From positions 64,001 to 128,000 of the forward strand of contig JBHLNS010000003.1 in the NCBI GenBank assembly GCA_048941285.1: 64,000 bases of DNA, given 5' to 3'. Numbering within the stretch: position 1 is the first letter of the stretch; the number at the start of each line of letters is the position of its first letter. This DNA is from Promethearchaeota archaeon. GTDB lineage: Archaea; Asgardarchaeota; Lokiarchaeia; Sigyniarchaeales; SOKP01. Made by a program: the position numbers and the translations under genes. Of this stretch, positions 29,801 to 39,543 are shown one piece after another. The notes under the pieces are model-generated. The model ran no database searches and was not told the DNA's origin. It saw only the letters and a program-made list of their open reading frames with translations.

Positions 29801-30221
29801 AACTACTATTATTAGCAGAATTATTGAATCCTATAAAAAACCAATTGAAGTAAAACCTATAGAATTAAAAGTTCCAGAACCTCTTGAAGTAGGTCTTGAT
29901 ACAATACCAGGAAAACAAGTACAACTGCCAATTTCTAAAACAAAAGCTTCAACTATAGTATCTCCTAAAAGAATCCCTCCTAAATCTAAACCAAAACCAT
30001 CAAAACAAACCCAAACAACATTACCTATAATAACCACCGAAAAATTATTAAATGTTTTATCTTATGACTGGCAAACTATTAAACATCTTATTTTCAAATT
30101 AAAAATTAAAGATATGATGGATGCTCGGTATCTACAGCTTAAACTCAAGGAATTAGAACGAAAAGGACAAGTTCTAGTTGAATCAAAAATGGGTAAAAGA
30201 CAATGGAAATTGAAAAAGTAA
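26871..30221 (+). CDS. top6B: DNA topoisomerase VI subunit B, enlarged by insertions and C-terminal domains
   Basis: GHKL motifs EFIDNALDA, DNGTG, TRGSQGFG, HGT; NPH; KPHP; RFVNRTP; WKNY; adjacent to top6A. Confidence 0.92.
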   Translation: MSKEEGKIKQGTIAEYMRKRTQLVGFEFGYWKHVQYCAEFIDNALDAIESFQWKELKKTDSKIKFSLDQELFLEKFSIVDTAKEEKKSQHLNNGAKQTLMQELGIEIIEPNSKDIQELEEKEEESEDVITTEELEVEEEVQRIIDDMQEIIKPVENVIDVEPIVVVRIREYEAPSFLTSEISQKNIMSYTFEIFDNGTGMSKIDLRKFGRYLASSKSMELKQTRGSQGFGAPSAFSDAQNTTGKPVITVSKSVDNIYATVTEFFTTSKNEKKYLIHPTDIDSFFLHGTYIKLNYLNVKYVKGFVEKYIEETAFMNPHVTIIYIDPEGKEKIYRRLATSFPDEPKYAKPHPSSTNIGDLQDLITKSENKSISAFLQDNFVRMSSKTAKEIVDIAERDLQDQLKLLILEDGFVNIAEKKTDDINFMRYEKRVYGRSDNPRDKLIIYQVESEDLKEKYWKLVNNYNKFIKDYEKINKEIKKLNNRIEKTETQKEIKNIEKDIKKLLNEIDTIRTQKDKIKLDLNILFKNAKEGLIELKKLKNRTDFEDVLNKVLISKVKPIELTKEQFNSLFLAFKSVKYMAPPTDTAIPVGESTLENTLIKEIGLRISENIDDFAGHVENVNQTYELLREDKKKTPFVESNEIDDDAINNISIQSEEVINLNSEILGTIDIVDEVIDQEQKKQYIDDLILYSDTVSIDTYQTVFEYFIENYTKDDDFVAAETRAPTSGKGLAYVVEAVMAYSRNLEVPKRSRDVLSRFVNRTPKLRDSADCAITKAVQSVNWKNYNLDTYDNNLPKGPIKLLVNVSGPFVHLMFKSQSKNALADDEDLIKEIKYCLEAIGRRLRIYINRKASLHKSEKRASLIEKYIPLFVNSLYNIASQGESIHKSKLDKKELEDLMKNAIGKKPTPILKATEPVEIKEKVIKEEKVIEKPSELPPVDKEVESKKELFSEKTLKNWTKNELIEYCNEHNINVLSKDTKTTIISRIIESYKKPIEVKPIELKVPEPLEVGLDTIPGKQVQLPISKTKASTIVSPKRIPPKSKPKPSKQTQTTLPIITTEKLLNVLSYDWQTIKHLIFKLKIKDMMDARYLQLKLKELERKGQVLVESKMGKRQWKLKK

Positions 30222-30222
30222 T

Positions 30223-31416
30223 ATGGTAGATAATATGGCTAAAAAAGAAAATAAAAAAGAATTACAGGCAGCGAGAGAATTATTTAATTCTTATTTAGAA
30301 AAAGGTAAAGAAGAAAAACTTTTCGAATTACCAAATGGTACTGTTAAAATTGATGATCTTAACAGAAAGCAAACTGTTGAGAGATTATATAAATTAGTGG
30401 ATAACGTTATTACGCAAATTTATAACTCAGGTCGTCCATCAATTCATCTTCCTGCAAGAACAAGTTCTAACATAATATGGGATGAAGAAAATGATCTTTT
30501 ACTTTTAGGTGAACAGATTGTAGAAAAACAATTTCATACTCTAACAAGTGTAGCAGATATTACAAGATTAATGCGTGTTCTTGAGATAGTAAACGAGTTA
30601 TTAGGAAAGGATATCCACGCTACAAAAAGGGAAATTTTCTATACGGATGTCAAATTATTCACAGAACAGAAGAATAGTGATAAAACCATCGAAGATGTGG
30701 CTACAATGTTATATACTACTAGAAATGCAACTCATATAGTCGCTTCTGCAAAAGGAATGTGTGTTGGAAGACTCAGAATAAGAGATCGAAATGATATAAT
30801 AGATCTTGAAGGTTTAGGCAGTGGAGGTTGGATGATATCACCTATGTTAGATAATATAGAAATAATAGAATCAGATGCAGAATTTATATTAGTAGTAGAA
30901 AAGGATGCTGCTATGATACGTTTAGCGGAAGATAGGTTTTGGAGGAAATATCCTTGTATTATACTTACAGCGAAAGGAGCAGCAGATATTGCTACGCGCA
31001 TGTTCCTAAAGCGTTTAAGTAAAGAATTGAAGTTACCTGTTTTTAGTTTAGTAGATAGCGACCCATATGGGCATTATATTCATAGTGTTTATTTAAGGGG
31101 GTCAAAAAGATTAAGTTACGAATCTCCTTTCTTAGCTACTCCAAATATTAAATTACTTGGCGTTTTGACACGAGATCTCGATAAATATAATATCCCAGAA
31201 GAAGTGAGACTCCCTATGAAACCAATGGATATTAAACGAACCAAGGAATTATTAAATGAAGATTTCGTCAAAAAGAATAAACACTGGGAGACTGATTTAA
31301 AATTGGCTCTAAAAATTAAAAAAAAAGCGGAAATTCAAGCTCTTTCGCAACATGGATTTGAATTTCTCACAAATATTTACCTTCCAGAAAAATTAACAAC
31401 TGGTGATTGGATATAA
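30223..31416 (+). CDS. top6A: DNA topoisomerase VI subunit A
   Basis: Catalytic Tyr in TKREIFY; TOPRIM VVEKDA, KG, DSDPYG; KAEIQAL. Confidence 0.95.
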   Translation: MVDNMAKKENKKELQAARELFNSYLEKGKEEKLFELPNGTVKIDDLNRKQTVERLYKLVDNVITQIYNSGRPSIHLPARTSSNIIWDEENDLLLLGEQIVEKQFHTLTSVADITRLMRVLEIVNELLGKDIHATKREIFYTDVKLFTEQKNSDKTIEDVATMLYTTRNATHIVASAKGMCVGRLRIRDRNDIIDLEGLGSGGWMISPMLDNIEIIESDAEFILVVEKDAAMIRLAEDRFWRKYPCIILTAKGAADIATRMFLKRLSKELKLPVFSLVDSDPYGHYIHSVYLRGSKRLSYESPFLATPNIKLLGVLTRDLDKYNIPEEVRLPMKPMDIKRTKELLNEDFVKKNKHWETDLKLALKIKKKAEIQALSQHGFEFLTNIYLPEKLTTGDWI

Positions 31417-31802
31417 AACTATTTTATAAAGAAAACGGTAGTATTGTTCAGCTTATTGAAATGGAAAAAATTCAAGAATGGCCATTAGAATTGCCGTTTA
31501 TTTTCGTTGAGTATATAAAAAGTAATAAAATTAGATCTTATAGAGATGCGAAAGTAGAAGCTGAAGTTTCAAAATATCTGAATGAAATTTTAACCAAAAT
31601 AGCAATTCCAAAAATTAAAGACATTTTCGAAACTTCTAATCAAGAAGAAATTCTCTCTACTCTTTCTATTTTTGAAGAACTTTCAGAAACAAATTCTAGA
31701 GCTGTGAAACCAATTGAAAATATGCTTGAAAATTTAGTAAAACAAACTGATAAAAAAATTGGATCAAAAGCTCAAAAAATTCTTACTAATATCAAAAAAT
31801 AA
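31407..31802 (+). CDS. hypothetical helical protein, translationally coupled to top6A
   Basis: 131-aa ORF with TTG start overlapping the top6A end, GGTG upstream; HEAT-like last helices. Confidence 0.6.
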   Translation: MDIKLFYKENGSIVQLIEMEKIQEWPLELPFIFVEYIKSNKIRSYRDAKVEAEVSKYLNEILTKIAIPKIKDIFETSNQEEILSTLSIFEELSETNSRAVKPIENMLENLVKQTDKKIGSKAQKILTNIKK

Positions 31803-31880
31803 ACCAAAAAATAAGTAATAAATAAAGATTAATAGAATTGAAAACTATTTCTTCTAAAAAATATAAATTCTATATTAAAA

Positions 31881-32558
31881 TTGAAATTTATGAAATGGAA
31901 CCAAGAGAATTTCAATGAATTTATAAAAATAAATAATGTAGTTGGCTTTTTTGATGAACCAATAAAACTTAACTCTGGAAGGTTATCTTATTGGTATGTA
32001 AATTGGAGGAATATAACTTCAAATGTCTACTTAATTGATAAATTGACAGATTATATTATTTCATTTACTCAATACCTAGGTTTAAATCCTAACTGTTTCT
32101 ATGGCGTCCCAGAGGGTGCTACAAAATTAGGCATTATAACTCAATTCAAATGGGCAAAAGGACAAAATAATTATGACTTGGGAAAATACCCTCTTGCAAT
32201 GGGAAGAGGAAAACAAAAAGAACATGGAGATATTAAGGATAGAATATTTATTGGTGTACCTAAAGGAGATGTTGTTATTCTTGAAGATGTTACAACTACT
32301 GGAGGTTCTTTAATTAGTACTATTCAAAAGTTACGCAATTCTAACATAAAAATAATCGCCAGTATTGGATTAACTAATAGAAACGAATTAAGAGATGATG
32401 GTAAAAGTGTAGAAGAAATTATCTCACAATTTGATATCCCATATTATGCAATGAGTAATGCAATTGAATTATTACCTCTTTTAAATATGAATCAAGAAGT
32501 AAAAAACCATATCAAAGAATATTTTAAGAGATATGGAGTTACACAGATAGATCTCTAA
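31881..32558 (+). CDS. pyrE: orotate phosphoribosyltransferase-like type I PRTase
   Basis: LNSGRLSYWY, KEHG loop, PRPP-binding VILEDVTTTGGS. Confidence 0.75.
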   Translation: MKFMKWNQENFNEFIKINNVVGFFDEPIKLNSGRLSYWYVNWRNITSNVYLIDKLTDYIISFTQYLGLNPNCFYGVPEGATKLGIITQFKWAKGQNNYDLGKYPLAMGRGKQKEHGDIKDRIFIGVPKGDVVILEDVTTTGGSLISTIQKLRNSNIKIIASIGLTNRNELRDDGKSVEEIISQFDIPYYAMSNAIELLPLLNMNQEVKNHIKEYFKRYGVTQIDL

Positions 32559-32580
32559 TCTATTTGCTAATAATACCCAG

Positions 32581-33156
32581 CTATACAAAATCAAATTGAA
32601 AGAAATTTCTCCATATTTTAATAAGTTTGTATAAATTTTCATAAAGAACTTTTTCAGAAATCGTTAATCTCCTTTCATCATCTAATGATAGTTCAGCCAT
32701 AGACAACTTTAAGATTTTCAATAAACGGCTATTTATAATATTAAAGGTATATGATTGATATCTGTCGATATCTATCTTTGGTTTATGTTTTTTGATTATC
32801 TCATTTTCCATGAATCTCCTGAATTCTCTTATCTTGTTTAAAAAATATTTATTAGATCTTTTTATGAGCATTGAATCATCTCTTTCTTCTATTGCATATC
32901 TTTGAACATCAATATTGTCACATTTATCAATCAGAGCTACTTGTAATATGCCTTTTTCAATGAAAGGAATTGCACTAAATAGTGGTAATTTATATTTTTT
33001 ACCTACCTCAAAAGGGCCAAAATTTTCACCAAATAAGGATAAGACTCCATAATCCTTAATGCATTCAGTTACGACCATTTCATGTAGAAAAACAAAATTT
33101 AGACGATTTAATGAACTAGAAAAACCATCTTCAATTACTAGCAATAAAAAATACAC
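32581..33156 (-). CDS. GINS subunit (Gins23/Psf2-like, B-A domain order); start uncertain
   Basis: FGENFGPFEVGKKYKLPLFSAIPF resembles the Psf2 B-domain; C-terminal RLLKILKL...LTISEK; near MCM. Confidence 0.7.
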   Translation of the reverse strand: MYFLLLVIEDGFSSSLNRLNFVFLHEMVVTECIKDYGVLSLFGENFGPFEVGKKYKLPLFSAIPFIEKGILQVALIDKCDNIDVQRYAIEERDDSMLIKRSNKYFLNKIREFRRFMENEIIKKHKPKIDIDRYQSYTFNIINSRLLKILKLSMAELSLDDERRLTISEKVLYENLYKLIKIWRNFFQFDFV

Positions 33157-33250
33157 CAGATTTATTATATTAATAACTTTTTATATAATATGCAAATGTA
33201 ATGCAAGAGAAATAAACATAACATTAACTTATTAATAAAATCAAAACTGC

Positions 33251-36200
33251 GTGAAGATCTTGGTAATAGAAATAATTCTTCTTTCAGTGTTCTTATTTTT
33301 TTTTACACTTGGATTTTATTTAATTTATAAGCAAGTATCTTTAGTTAAGAAAGGAGAAATGCGTAATAAGGACATATTTCAATGTATTATTTATGGACTC
33401 ATTTTTAGCTTGTCAATTCTGTTAGTATTTACCGTTGCTGTAATTTTTGCTGTAAGATCGCCTGAATTATGGGATCCAGCAACTACCCCTCCAGATGTAC
33501 CTCCTTTATCACTTCTTATACCTTTTATTTTTTGCTTAATATATATTACATTTTATCCTATGGTAGATTTTCTATTTATCGCGTTGAGTAAAGAATCAGA
33601 TGAAGGATTAACACCATTTCACAAATTTATTAACATTAAGATAATAAATTTGTCAAGAAAGAAAATCATAAAAGTATTAATTGCTTTAGTTTTTTATTTA
33701 TTGGTTTTTATACTCCCTCCTATACTCCTGTCAATATTAGGAGTACCTCTTATTATAATTTGGATAACTTGGATGTTGGTTTATCCACTTATGATATTGA
33801 CTTTTTATGGATCTAAAGGTTACATTGCTGGTATCTCAGATGCCTATTACCACATTCCTGATATAAAAAGATCTATATTCCTTAATTTCGAAAATAGTAA
33901 AAGAGGAATGAAACAATTCTTATCCCAACCTATACATTATATTATACTAGGATTGATGCTATTTGTATTTGTATGGGCATGGATCTCATTATTCCAAACT
34001 ATAATCTTCTTTTTCACAGGAACATTAGCAATATCGACAATGTCTTCTGTCTTTGTATTTGTAACCCTTTTTTTTGGAATTTTAGGATATTTTACTCGTT
34101 TTTGGGGACGTAAAATAAAATATAGAGGAATTGATATTTATTTCGCTGCCTATTTAATGGCATCTATAGGAATCAATGTTTTGGTCAATTTTCTAATTGT
34201 AAATCCTGAAAAGTTACAATATACTTTTAATTTATGGATAGTAACAAGTGAAATTTATCCCGATAATAGTTCGAGTTTAGCGTGGGCAGCTGTGATTGAA
34301 GAAATTGTATTGATAATTTTTACTTCATATTATTTTTTAGCCATAAATAGTGATTTTGTGATGAATATCAAATATTCAAAAATTACTAAATCTGGACAAA
34401 CATTTGATCCTATCCCGCTCTTTAATTTTATTAAGCATAAAAATCCCAAAATAAGAGAACATGCTGTAGAGACTATAAATATGATGTTTGAACGAATTCC
34501 TTTAAAAGATGAAACAATTCTCAATGATTGGAAATTTAAAAATTCATTACTGGACGGAGTAAGTGATTATAATACACATTCTAGAAAAATTTGTAGCCAA
34601 TTATTACTTAAAATAGAAAATGATGTTCCATTGCTTCTACTGGAATGGGTAATAGAAGCATTGCAATCTCCAAATTACGATAAAAGTATCCCTATAGCAA
34701 GAACTCTTTTAAAGGCAGATTTTAGTTTCATAGAAAAAATACCTCAAGAGTTAATACTTAATCTCATTGAAGATTCAGAATGGAGATTAAGATTAATAGC
34801 ATTAAAGATACTGGCTAGATCAAATACTAAAATAAAAAGTTTAATTCCAAGTTTAAACATCAAAAGTTTAATAAATGACCCAAATAGCGAAATAGTGGTT
34901 GAGATTTTTAATCTATTAGCTAATTGTTCCTATAAACTACCTATTAATCTAATAATTGATAAAATTTTTCACGTTAATAATGAAATTAGTGCTGCAGCAA
35001 TTAAAAATATAAGAAATCTCGACATTAAACAAATTGATCGAAAAATCGTCTCTAAAATTATTCCCTTAATTAAAGATCCATCTAGTTCTGTAAGAGCATC
35101 GATTTTTGATGTCCTTGCGAATATTGGCAATTTCAAAAAAAATAGTATACCAATTTTACCATTTTTAGAAGGTTTAACTGATTCGAACGAAAAAGCAAGA
35201 CATGCAGCAATAAATGCTCTTGAAAAGTACTTTGAAGAAGAACCTGGACTATTAGATATTGATGCCATTATTAATAGAGTTGATCCAAATAATTTTGAGA
35301 TTTTAAATGATATTGTTAAACTTCTAAGAAAACTATGGAAATTTGATTCAGAAAAAATTTTAACTACTTTTCTGATATTAATAAAATTTGAGAATGATAA
35401 ATTAAGAGAGAATATTTCCGAGATCTTATCAGAAAAATCTATTAAAAACCCTGATTTAGTAATTACGAATTTGATTAAAATACCAGATGTTACAACTTAC
35501 ATAACTAAAGGAATTATTTCAAAAACACTAATAAAAATTGGAAATAAAAACCCTGAAACTGTTATTCCTGTTTTATTAAAATATTCAACTGCTGAAGATA
35601 TTGAGGTACGATTAAATGCAATCGAATCAATTGATGGATTAATAGAAGAATTCATTAATTATATTGATGTAAAGCCAATTATTTCAATTCTGCAAAAAGA
35701 TGAGAATTACCAAGCAAAGATAAAGGCTGCAGGTATAATTTCAAAAATAGCTCAAAAAGATGCTTCTTTAATGAAGCCATTCATTTCAGATTTTTTCTCA
35801 GCTATAACTGGACAAGATTCAAAAGTAAAGATTGTTCTTACTAAATCACTACTTGAAATAGCAAAAAAATCCCCAGAGATTATTCCAATCAACGATATTA
35901 TGAATTTACTTTATGATAAAGATTCCTTTATACGTGAAACATGTGTTAAAATATTAGGATTTGCAGGACATAAACTTCCAATATCAATTATTGATGTTTT
36001 AATAACTACCGCTTTAAATGACGATGAATGGATTGTAAGGGAAGCAACAGTGACAAGTTTAGGAAAAATAATTGGTTTTATCGATAATAAAGAAAAAATC
36101 ATTGAAAGACTTATTTCTCTCCTTGACGATGAACAAAGTTGGGTCCGCTGGTCTGCTTTAAATATATTATCTAATATCAGTGAAGTGAGTAGCTCTCATA

Positions 36201-36607
36201 TTCCATTTAATAAGCTACAAATTAATTTAAAAAGCGATGATCCTAAAATCAGAGAAGCATCCGCTAGATTAAGTAAGATTTACAGCAATAAAATTGAACA
36301 AGTAATTGACGAATTAATAAATATCCTAGGGGATGAATCAAAAGAAGTTAGAACTAGTATGATTAATACTTTTGTTGAGATTATAAAACGTATAGGACTT
36401 AATCGAATATTAAGTAGGCTTTTAGAAAATTTAAGTGGAAAAGGTTCTTTAACAACTCAACGTTCAATTGCTTTAATTTTAGGTAGAACAGTTAATTATG
36501 AAAATGAAAAAATTAAGAAGAGAGTAATATCCCTTTTAAAAATAAGATGTGAGATGAGTCAAGACCCGCTAATTTGTGAAACACTCCAAAATTTAAGGGG
36601 AAGTTAA
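33251..36607 (+). CDS. polytopic membrane protein (~9 TM) fused to long HEAT-repeat solenoid
   Basis: Hydrophobic segments over residues ~1-365; HEAT motifs LIEDSEWRLRLIAL, LIKDPSSSVRASIF, LTDSNEKARHAAI, LNDDEWIVREATV, LDDEQSWVRWSAL, LGDESKEVRTSM. Confidence 0.8.
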   Translation: MKILVIEIILLSVFLFFFTLGFYLIYKQVSLVKKGEMRNKDIFQCIIYGLIFSLSILLVFTVAVIFAVRSPELWDPATTPPDVPPLSLLIPFIFCLIYITFYPMVDFLFIALSKESDEGLTPFHKFINIKIINLSRKKIIKVLIALVFYLLVFILPPILLSILGVPLIIIWITWMLVYPLMILTFYGSKGYIAGISDAYYHIPDIKRSIFLNFENSKRGMKQFLSQPIHYIILGLMLFVFVWAWISLFQTIIFFFTGTLAISTMSSVFVFVTLFFGILGYFTRFWGRKIKYRGIDIYFAAYLMASIGINVLVNFLIVNPEKLQYTFNLWIVTSEIYPDNSSSLAWAAVIEEIVLIIFTSYYFLAINSDFVMNIKYSKITKSGQTFDPIPLFNFIKHKNPKIREHAVETINMMFERIPLKDETILNDWKFKNSLLDGVSDYNTHSRKICSQLLLKIENDVPLLLLEWVIEALQSPNYDKSIPIARTLLKADFSFIEKIPQELILNLIEDSEWRLRLIALKILARSNTKIKSLIPSLNIKSLINDPNSEIVVEIFNLLANCSYKLPINLIIDKIFHVNNEISAAAIKNIRNLDIKQIDRKIVSKIIPLIKDPSSSVRASIFDVLANIGNFKKNSIPILPFLEGLTDSNEKARHAAINALEKYFEEEPGLLDIDAIINRVDPNNFEILNDIVKLLRKLWKFDSEKILTTFLILIKFENDKLRENISEILSEKSIKNPDLVITNLIKIPDVTTYITKGIISKTLIKIGNKNPETVIPVLLKYSTAEDIEVRLNAIESIDGLIEEFINYIDVKPIISILQKDENYQAKIKAAGIISKIAQKDASLMKPFISDFFSAITGQDSKVKIVLTKSLLEIAKKSPEIIPINDIMNLLYDKDSFIRETCVKILGFAGHKLPISIIDVLITTALNDDEWIVREATVTSLGKIIGFIDNKEKIIERLISLLDDEQSWVRWSALNILSNISEVSSSHIPFNKLQINLKSDDPKIREASARLSKIYSNKIEQVIDELINILGDESKEVRTSMINTFVEIIKRIGLNRILSRLLENLSGKGSLTTQRSIALILGRTVNYENEKIKKRVISLLKIRCEMSQDPLICETLQNLRGS

Positions 36608-36777
36608 AAAATAATTTTTCTAATTAATAGTTTCAAATATAATTCAATAAATCTTACGACAGTCTTAGGTTTTTTATAATTGATTATTTACCTTTTAATA
36701 AAATATGTCATTAATATCAGAATTAAAAAATCACCAAGAATATTTTAGGCATATTAGAAAAATTTGAGTTTTTTATC

Positions 36778-38904
36778 ATGACAACTCCTCTTTCAACGCC
36801 TAGTAGCCCAATTAATAAAATTCAACGCTTTGAGGATTTTTATCGACTATTTCAAGAAAGTCCGGGTATATATAAATATCAAGATCAAATTAATGACATC
36901 TATGCAAAAGGTGGAAATACACTAATAATACTATTTGAAGATCTATTAGCGAGTGATCCCGACATTGCAGAAATGCTTAAAAGAGATCCCGAAGCGATAA
37001 TTGAGGATGCAGTTGACGCCTTCAAAAATTTGTTAAAATTTCAAGGCTTAAAATTAACTAATAAAGACTACTTTGTAAGAATAACAACGAAAGATAAAAA
37101 TAGTCCCCTTTTTCTTCCTTTAAGAGGTTTAAGAGCAAAACACATTGATACTCTTGTTTGGTCTAAAGGGATCTTAGTCAGATGTTCTACAATAAGACCA
37201 AAAATTATAAAAGCATCTTTTGAATGTAATTTATGTGGAGCTCAATTCGATGTTATTCAGTTAACTTCAAGAATAAGATGGCCCAAATTTTGTACAAATA
37301 AACGGTGTAAGGCTAAAGCTCAGACAGATTTTAGACTAATATCAAAACATTCAGAATTCATCGATTGGCAGTCAATAATGATACAAGAAATACCAGAAGA
37401 TTTACCTCCTGGTAGAATTCCCAGATCAGTTCAAGCTATTTTAACTCATAATTTAGTTGATACAGTAAAGCCTGGGGATAGAGTTAAGATGATGGGTATT
37501 TTTAAATCAGTTTTAGCTCAATCAACTAAGAGCAATAATTCTACATTATTTAAGACATTCTTTGATATCAATTTTATTGACCCTGAGGATAAAACTGAGG
37601 ATATCATTGATCTTACCAAAGAGGATAGAAAAAAAATAGAGGACTTGTCTAAGGAGCCTTTTATACAAAAAAAAATCGCAAGATCAATTGCTCCTGACAT
37701 ATATGGGAGAGAAGATCTTAAAATTGCATGTGCTTTAAGTTTATTTGCAGGAACAAGAAAAAAGAAACCTGGAGGAGGCTATAAAAGAGGTGATATCCAC
37801 ATATTATTTGTTGGAGACCCTGGAACTGGAAAATCAGAGATTCTAAAAAGTGCCATAGAAGTATCTCCAAGAGGGTTATATACTTCTGGGAAAGGTTCAA
37901 CAGCTGTAGGTTTAACTGCTGCTGTAATTAAAGACACAGACACTGGTCAGATGAACCTTGAAGCAGGTGTGGTTGTGTTAGCAAATGGAGGTGTCGCAGC
38001 AATAGATGAATTTGATAAAATGGATACTGCAGATAGATCTGCTCTTCACGAAGCTATGGAACAACAAACTGTAAGTATTGCTAAGGCGGGAATTGTTGCT
38101 ACATTGAAAGCCCAAACTGCAATAATTTCGGCAGCTAATCCTTATTCTGGAAGATATGATAGATATAAGACACCTACCCAAAATATTCGACTACCTCCTT
38201 CTCTTTTATCTCGTTTTGATTTAATTTTTGTGGTTGTTGATAGACCAAATCCAGCAGATGATGCACAAATGGCTGAATTTATATTAAAAAATTCTATGTT
38301 AGATCCAGAGGAATCAATGGATGAAAATGATACTTCTATAGCTCCAATCTCAAGTGATCTTTTAAAAAAATACATCAAACACGCTCGTAGAAATTATAAT
38401 CCAATATTGTCAGATGAGGCTAAGGAAAGAATAAAAGAATTTTACTTAGAATTAAGGGGCCAATATGATAGTGAAGATGCAATTATTTCAATTTTGGCAA
38501 GAAATTTAGATGCCTTAGTAAGACTCAGTGAATCCTATGCAAAAATGGCTTTAAGAAATAAAGTTCTAAAAGAAGATGTTGATGAAATTATTAAACTATT
38601 TAAAAGATATTTAAAAGATACAGGTTATGATGAAACAACTGGCAAAATTGATATGGATAGAATATTCGTTGGGCAATCCAGGAGCAATCTTAATAAACTA
38701 GAAACTCTAATGAATAGATTAAAAGAAATCTTTGAAGAAAATAATTGGAAAGCTCTTGAGAAATCAAATGTTATTCAAATTCTAGAATTAGAAGAAAATT
38801 TAGATAAAAAATTTATTGAAACTGCTCTAGAAGAATTACTAAAAGAAGGAACTCTATATGAACCAAAAAGTAGCCAGATCAAATTCACAAACAAAGAAAT
38901 TTAA
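36778..38904 (+). CDS. mcm: MCM replicative helicase
   Basis: Zn finger CNLC..CTNKRC, QEIPE, GDPGTGKS, IDEFDKM, HEAMEQQT, SRFD, C-terminal WH; no intein seen. Confidence 0.97.
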   Translation: MTTPLSTPSSPINKIQRFEDFYRLFQESPGIYKYQDQINDIYAKGGNTLIILFEDLLASDPDIAEMLKRDPEAIIEDAVDAFKNLLKFQGLKLTNKDYFVRITTKDKNSPLFLPLRGLRAKHIDTLVWSKGILVRCSTIRPKIIKASFECNLCGAQFDVIQLTSRIRWPKFCTNKRCKAKAQTDFRLISKHSEFIDWQSIMIQEIPEDLPPGRIPRSVQAILTHNLVDTVKPGDRVKMMGIFKSVLAQSTKSNNSTLFKTFFDINFIDPEDKTEDIIDLTKEDRKKIEDLSKEPFIQKKIARSIAPDIYGREDLKIACALSLFAGTRKKKPGGGYKRGDIHILFVGDPGTGKSEILKSAIEVSPRGLYTSGKGSTAVGLTAAVIKDTDTGQMNLEAGVVVLANGGVAAIDEFDKMDTADRSALHEAMEQQTVSIAKAGIVATLKAQTAIISAANPYSGRYDRYKTPTQNIRLPPSLLSRFDLIFVVVDRPNPADDAQMAEFILKNSMLDPEESMDENDTSIAPISSDLLKKYIKHARRNYNPILSDEAKERIKEFYLELRGQYDSEDAIISILARNLDALVRLSESYAKMALRNKVLKEDVDEIIKLFKRYLKDTGYDETTGKIDMDRIFVGQSRSNLNKLETLMNRLKEIFEENNWKALEKSNVIQILELEENLDKKFIETALEELLKEGTLYEPKSSQIKFTNKEI

Positions 38905-39425
38905 TAAAATTTATTTAATACAAGTTCAGCTATCATTTCAAAGGCACTTTCAACATTTTCACCTGTTTTAGCAGAAGTATATATAATTGAAATCGCATTA
39001 ATTTCTTTCCCTAAAGAATAAATCTCTTTGTCACTCAATTCTTTTTCTAAATCAGTTTTATTAGCTATTAGTACAACAGGAGCCTTTTCGCAATATTGTT
39101 TTATATCGGGAACCCAAAAATGATTAATTTGATCAAATGTATTTTTTCTCGTTAGGTCACCCACAATGAGTACTCCTTTTGCTCCAACATAATAAGAACG
39201 TCTCATATTTATCCAGCGTTCTTGTCCAGCTATATCCCACAGTTGAATTCTTACCTTACCTAAATTTTTAATATTAACTTTCTTGATAAAAATATTAGTT
39301 CCAATACTTGATCGATAATCTTTGGCAAATTGCCCCGATACAAACTTTTTGACTAAACTAGTCTTGCCTACAGCAGGTTCTCCAACAATGATAATTTTTA
39401 TACTAAGTTTCTTAACTTTTTTCAT
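38901..39425 (-). CDS. Rab-like small GTPase
   Basis: GEPAVGKTS, SIG, WDIAGQE, YYVGA, NKTD, SAK; no C-terminal prenylation motif; stop overlaps the mcm stop. Confidence 0.88.
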   Translation of the reverse strand: MKKVKKLSIKIIIVGEPAVGKTSLVKKFVSGQFAKDYRSSIGTNIFIKKVNIKNLGKVRIQLWDIAGQERWINMRRSYYVGAKGVLIVGDLTRKNTFDQINHFWVPDIKQYCEKAPVVLIANKTDLEKELSDKEIYSLGKEINAISIIYTSAKTGENVESAFEMIAELVLNKFY

Positions 39426-39543
39426 ATTTAACTACATCTATGAAGAAAATTTTATAAGTATATATGTAAATATTAAAATAATTGAAGTTTAAAATTATTG
39501 ATTTGAATTCAGAAAATAAATAATAAAGTAAAACTTCGTAATT

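Noticed and set aside
26871-38904. Inteins explaining the long Top6B, or within MCM
   Set aside because: No C/S...HN-C/S/T splice junctions or LAGLIDADG motifs; MCM is normal length
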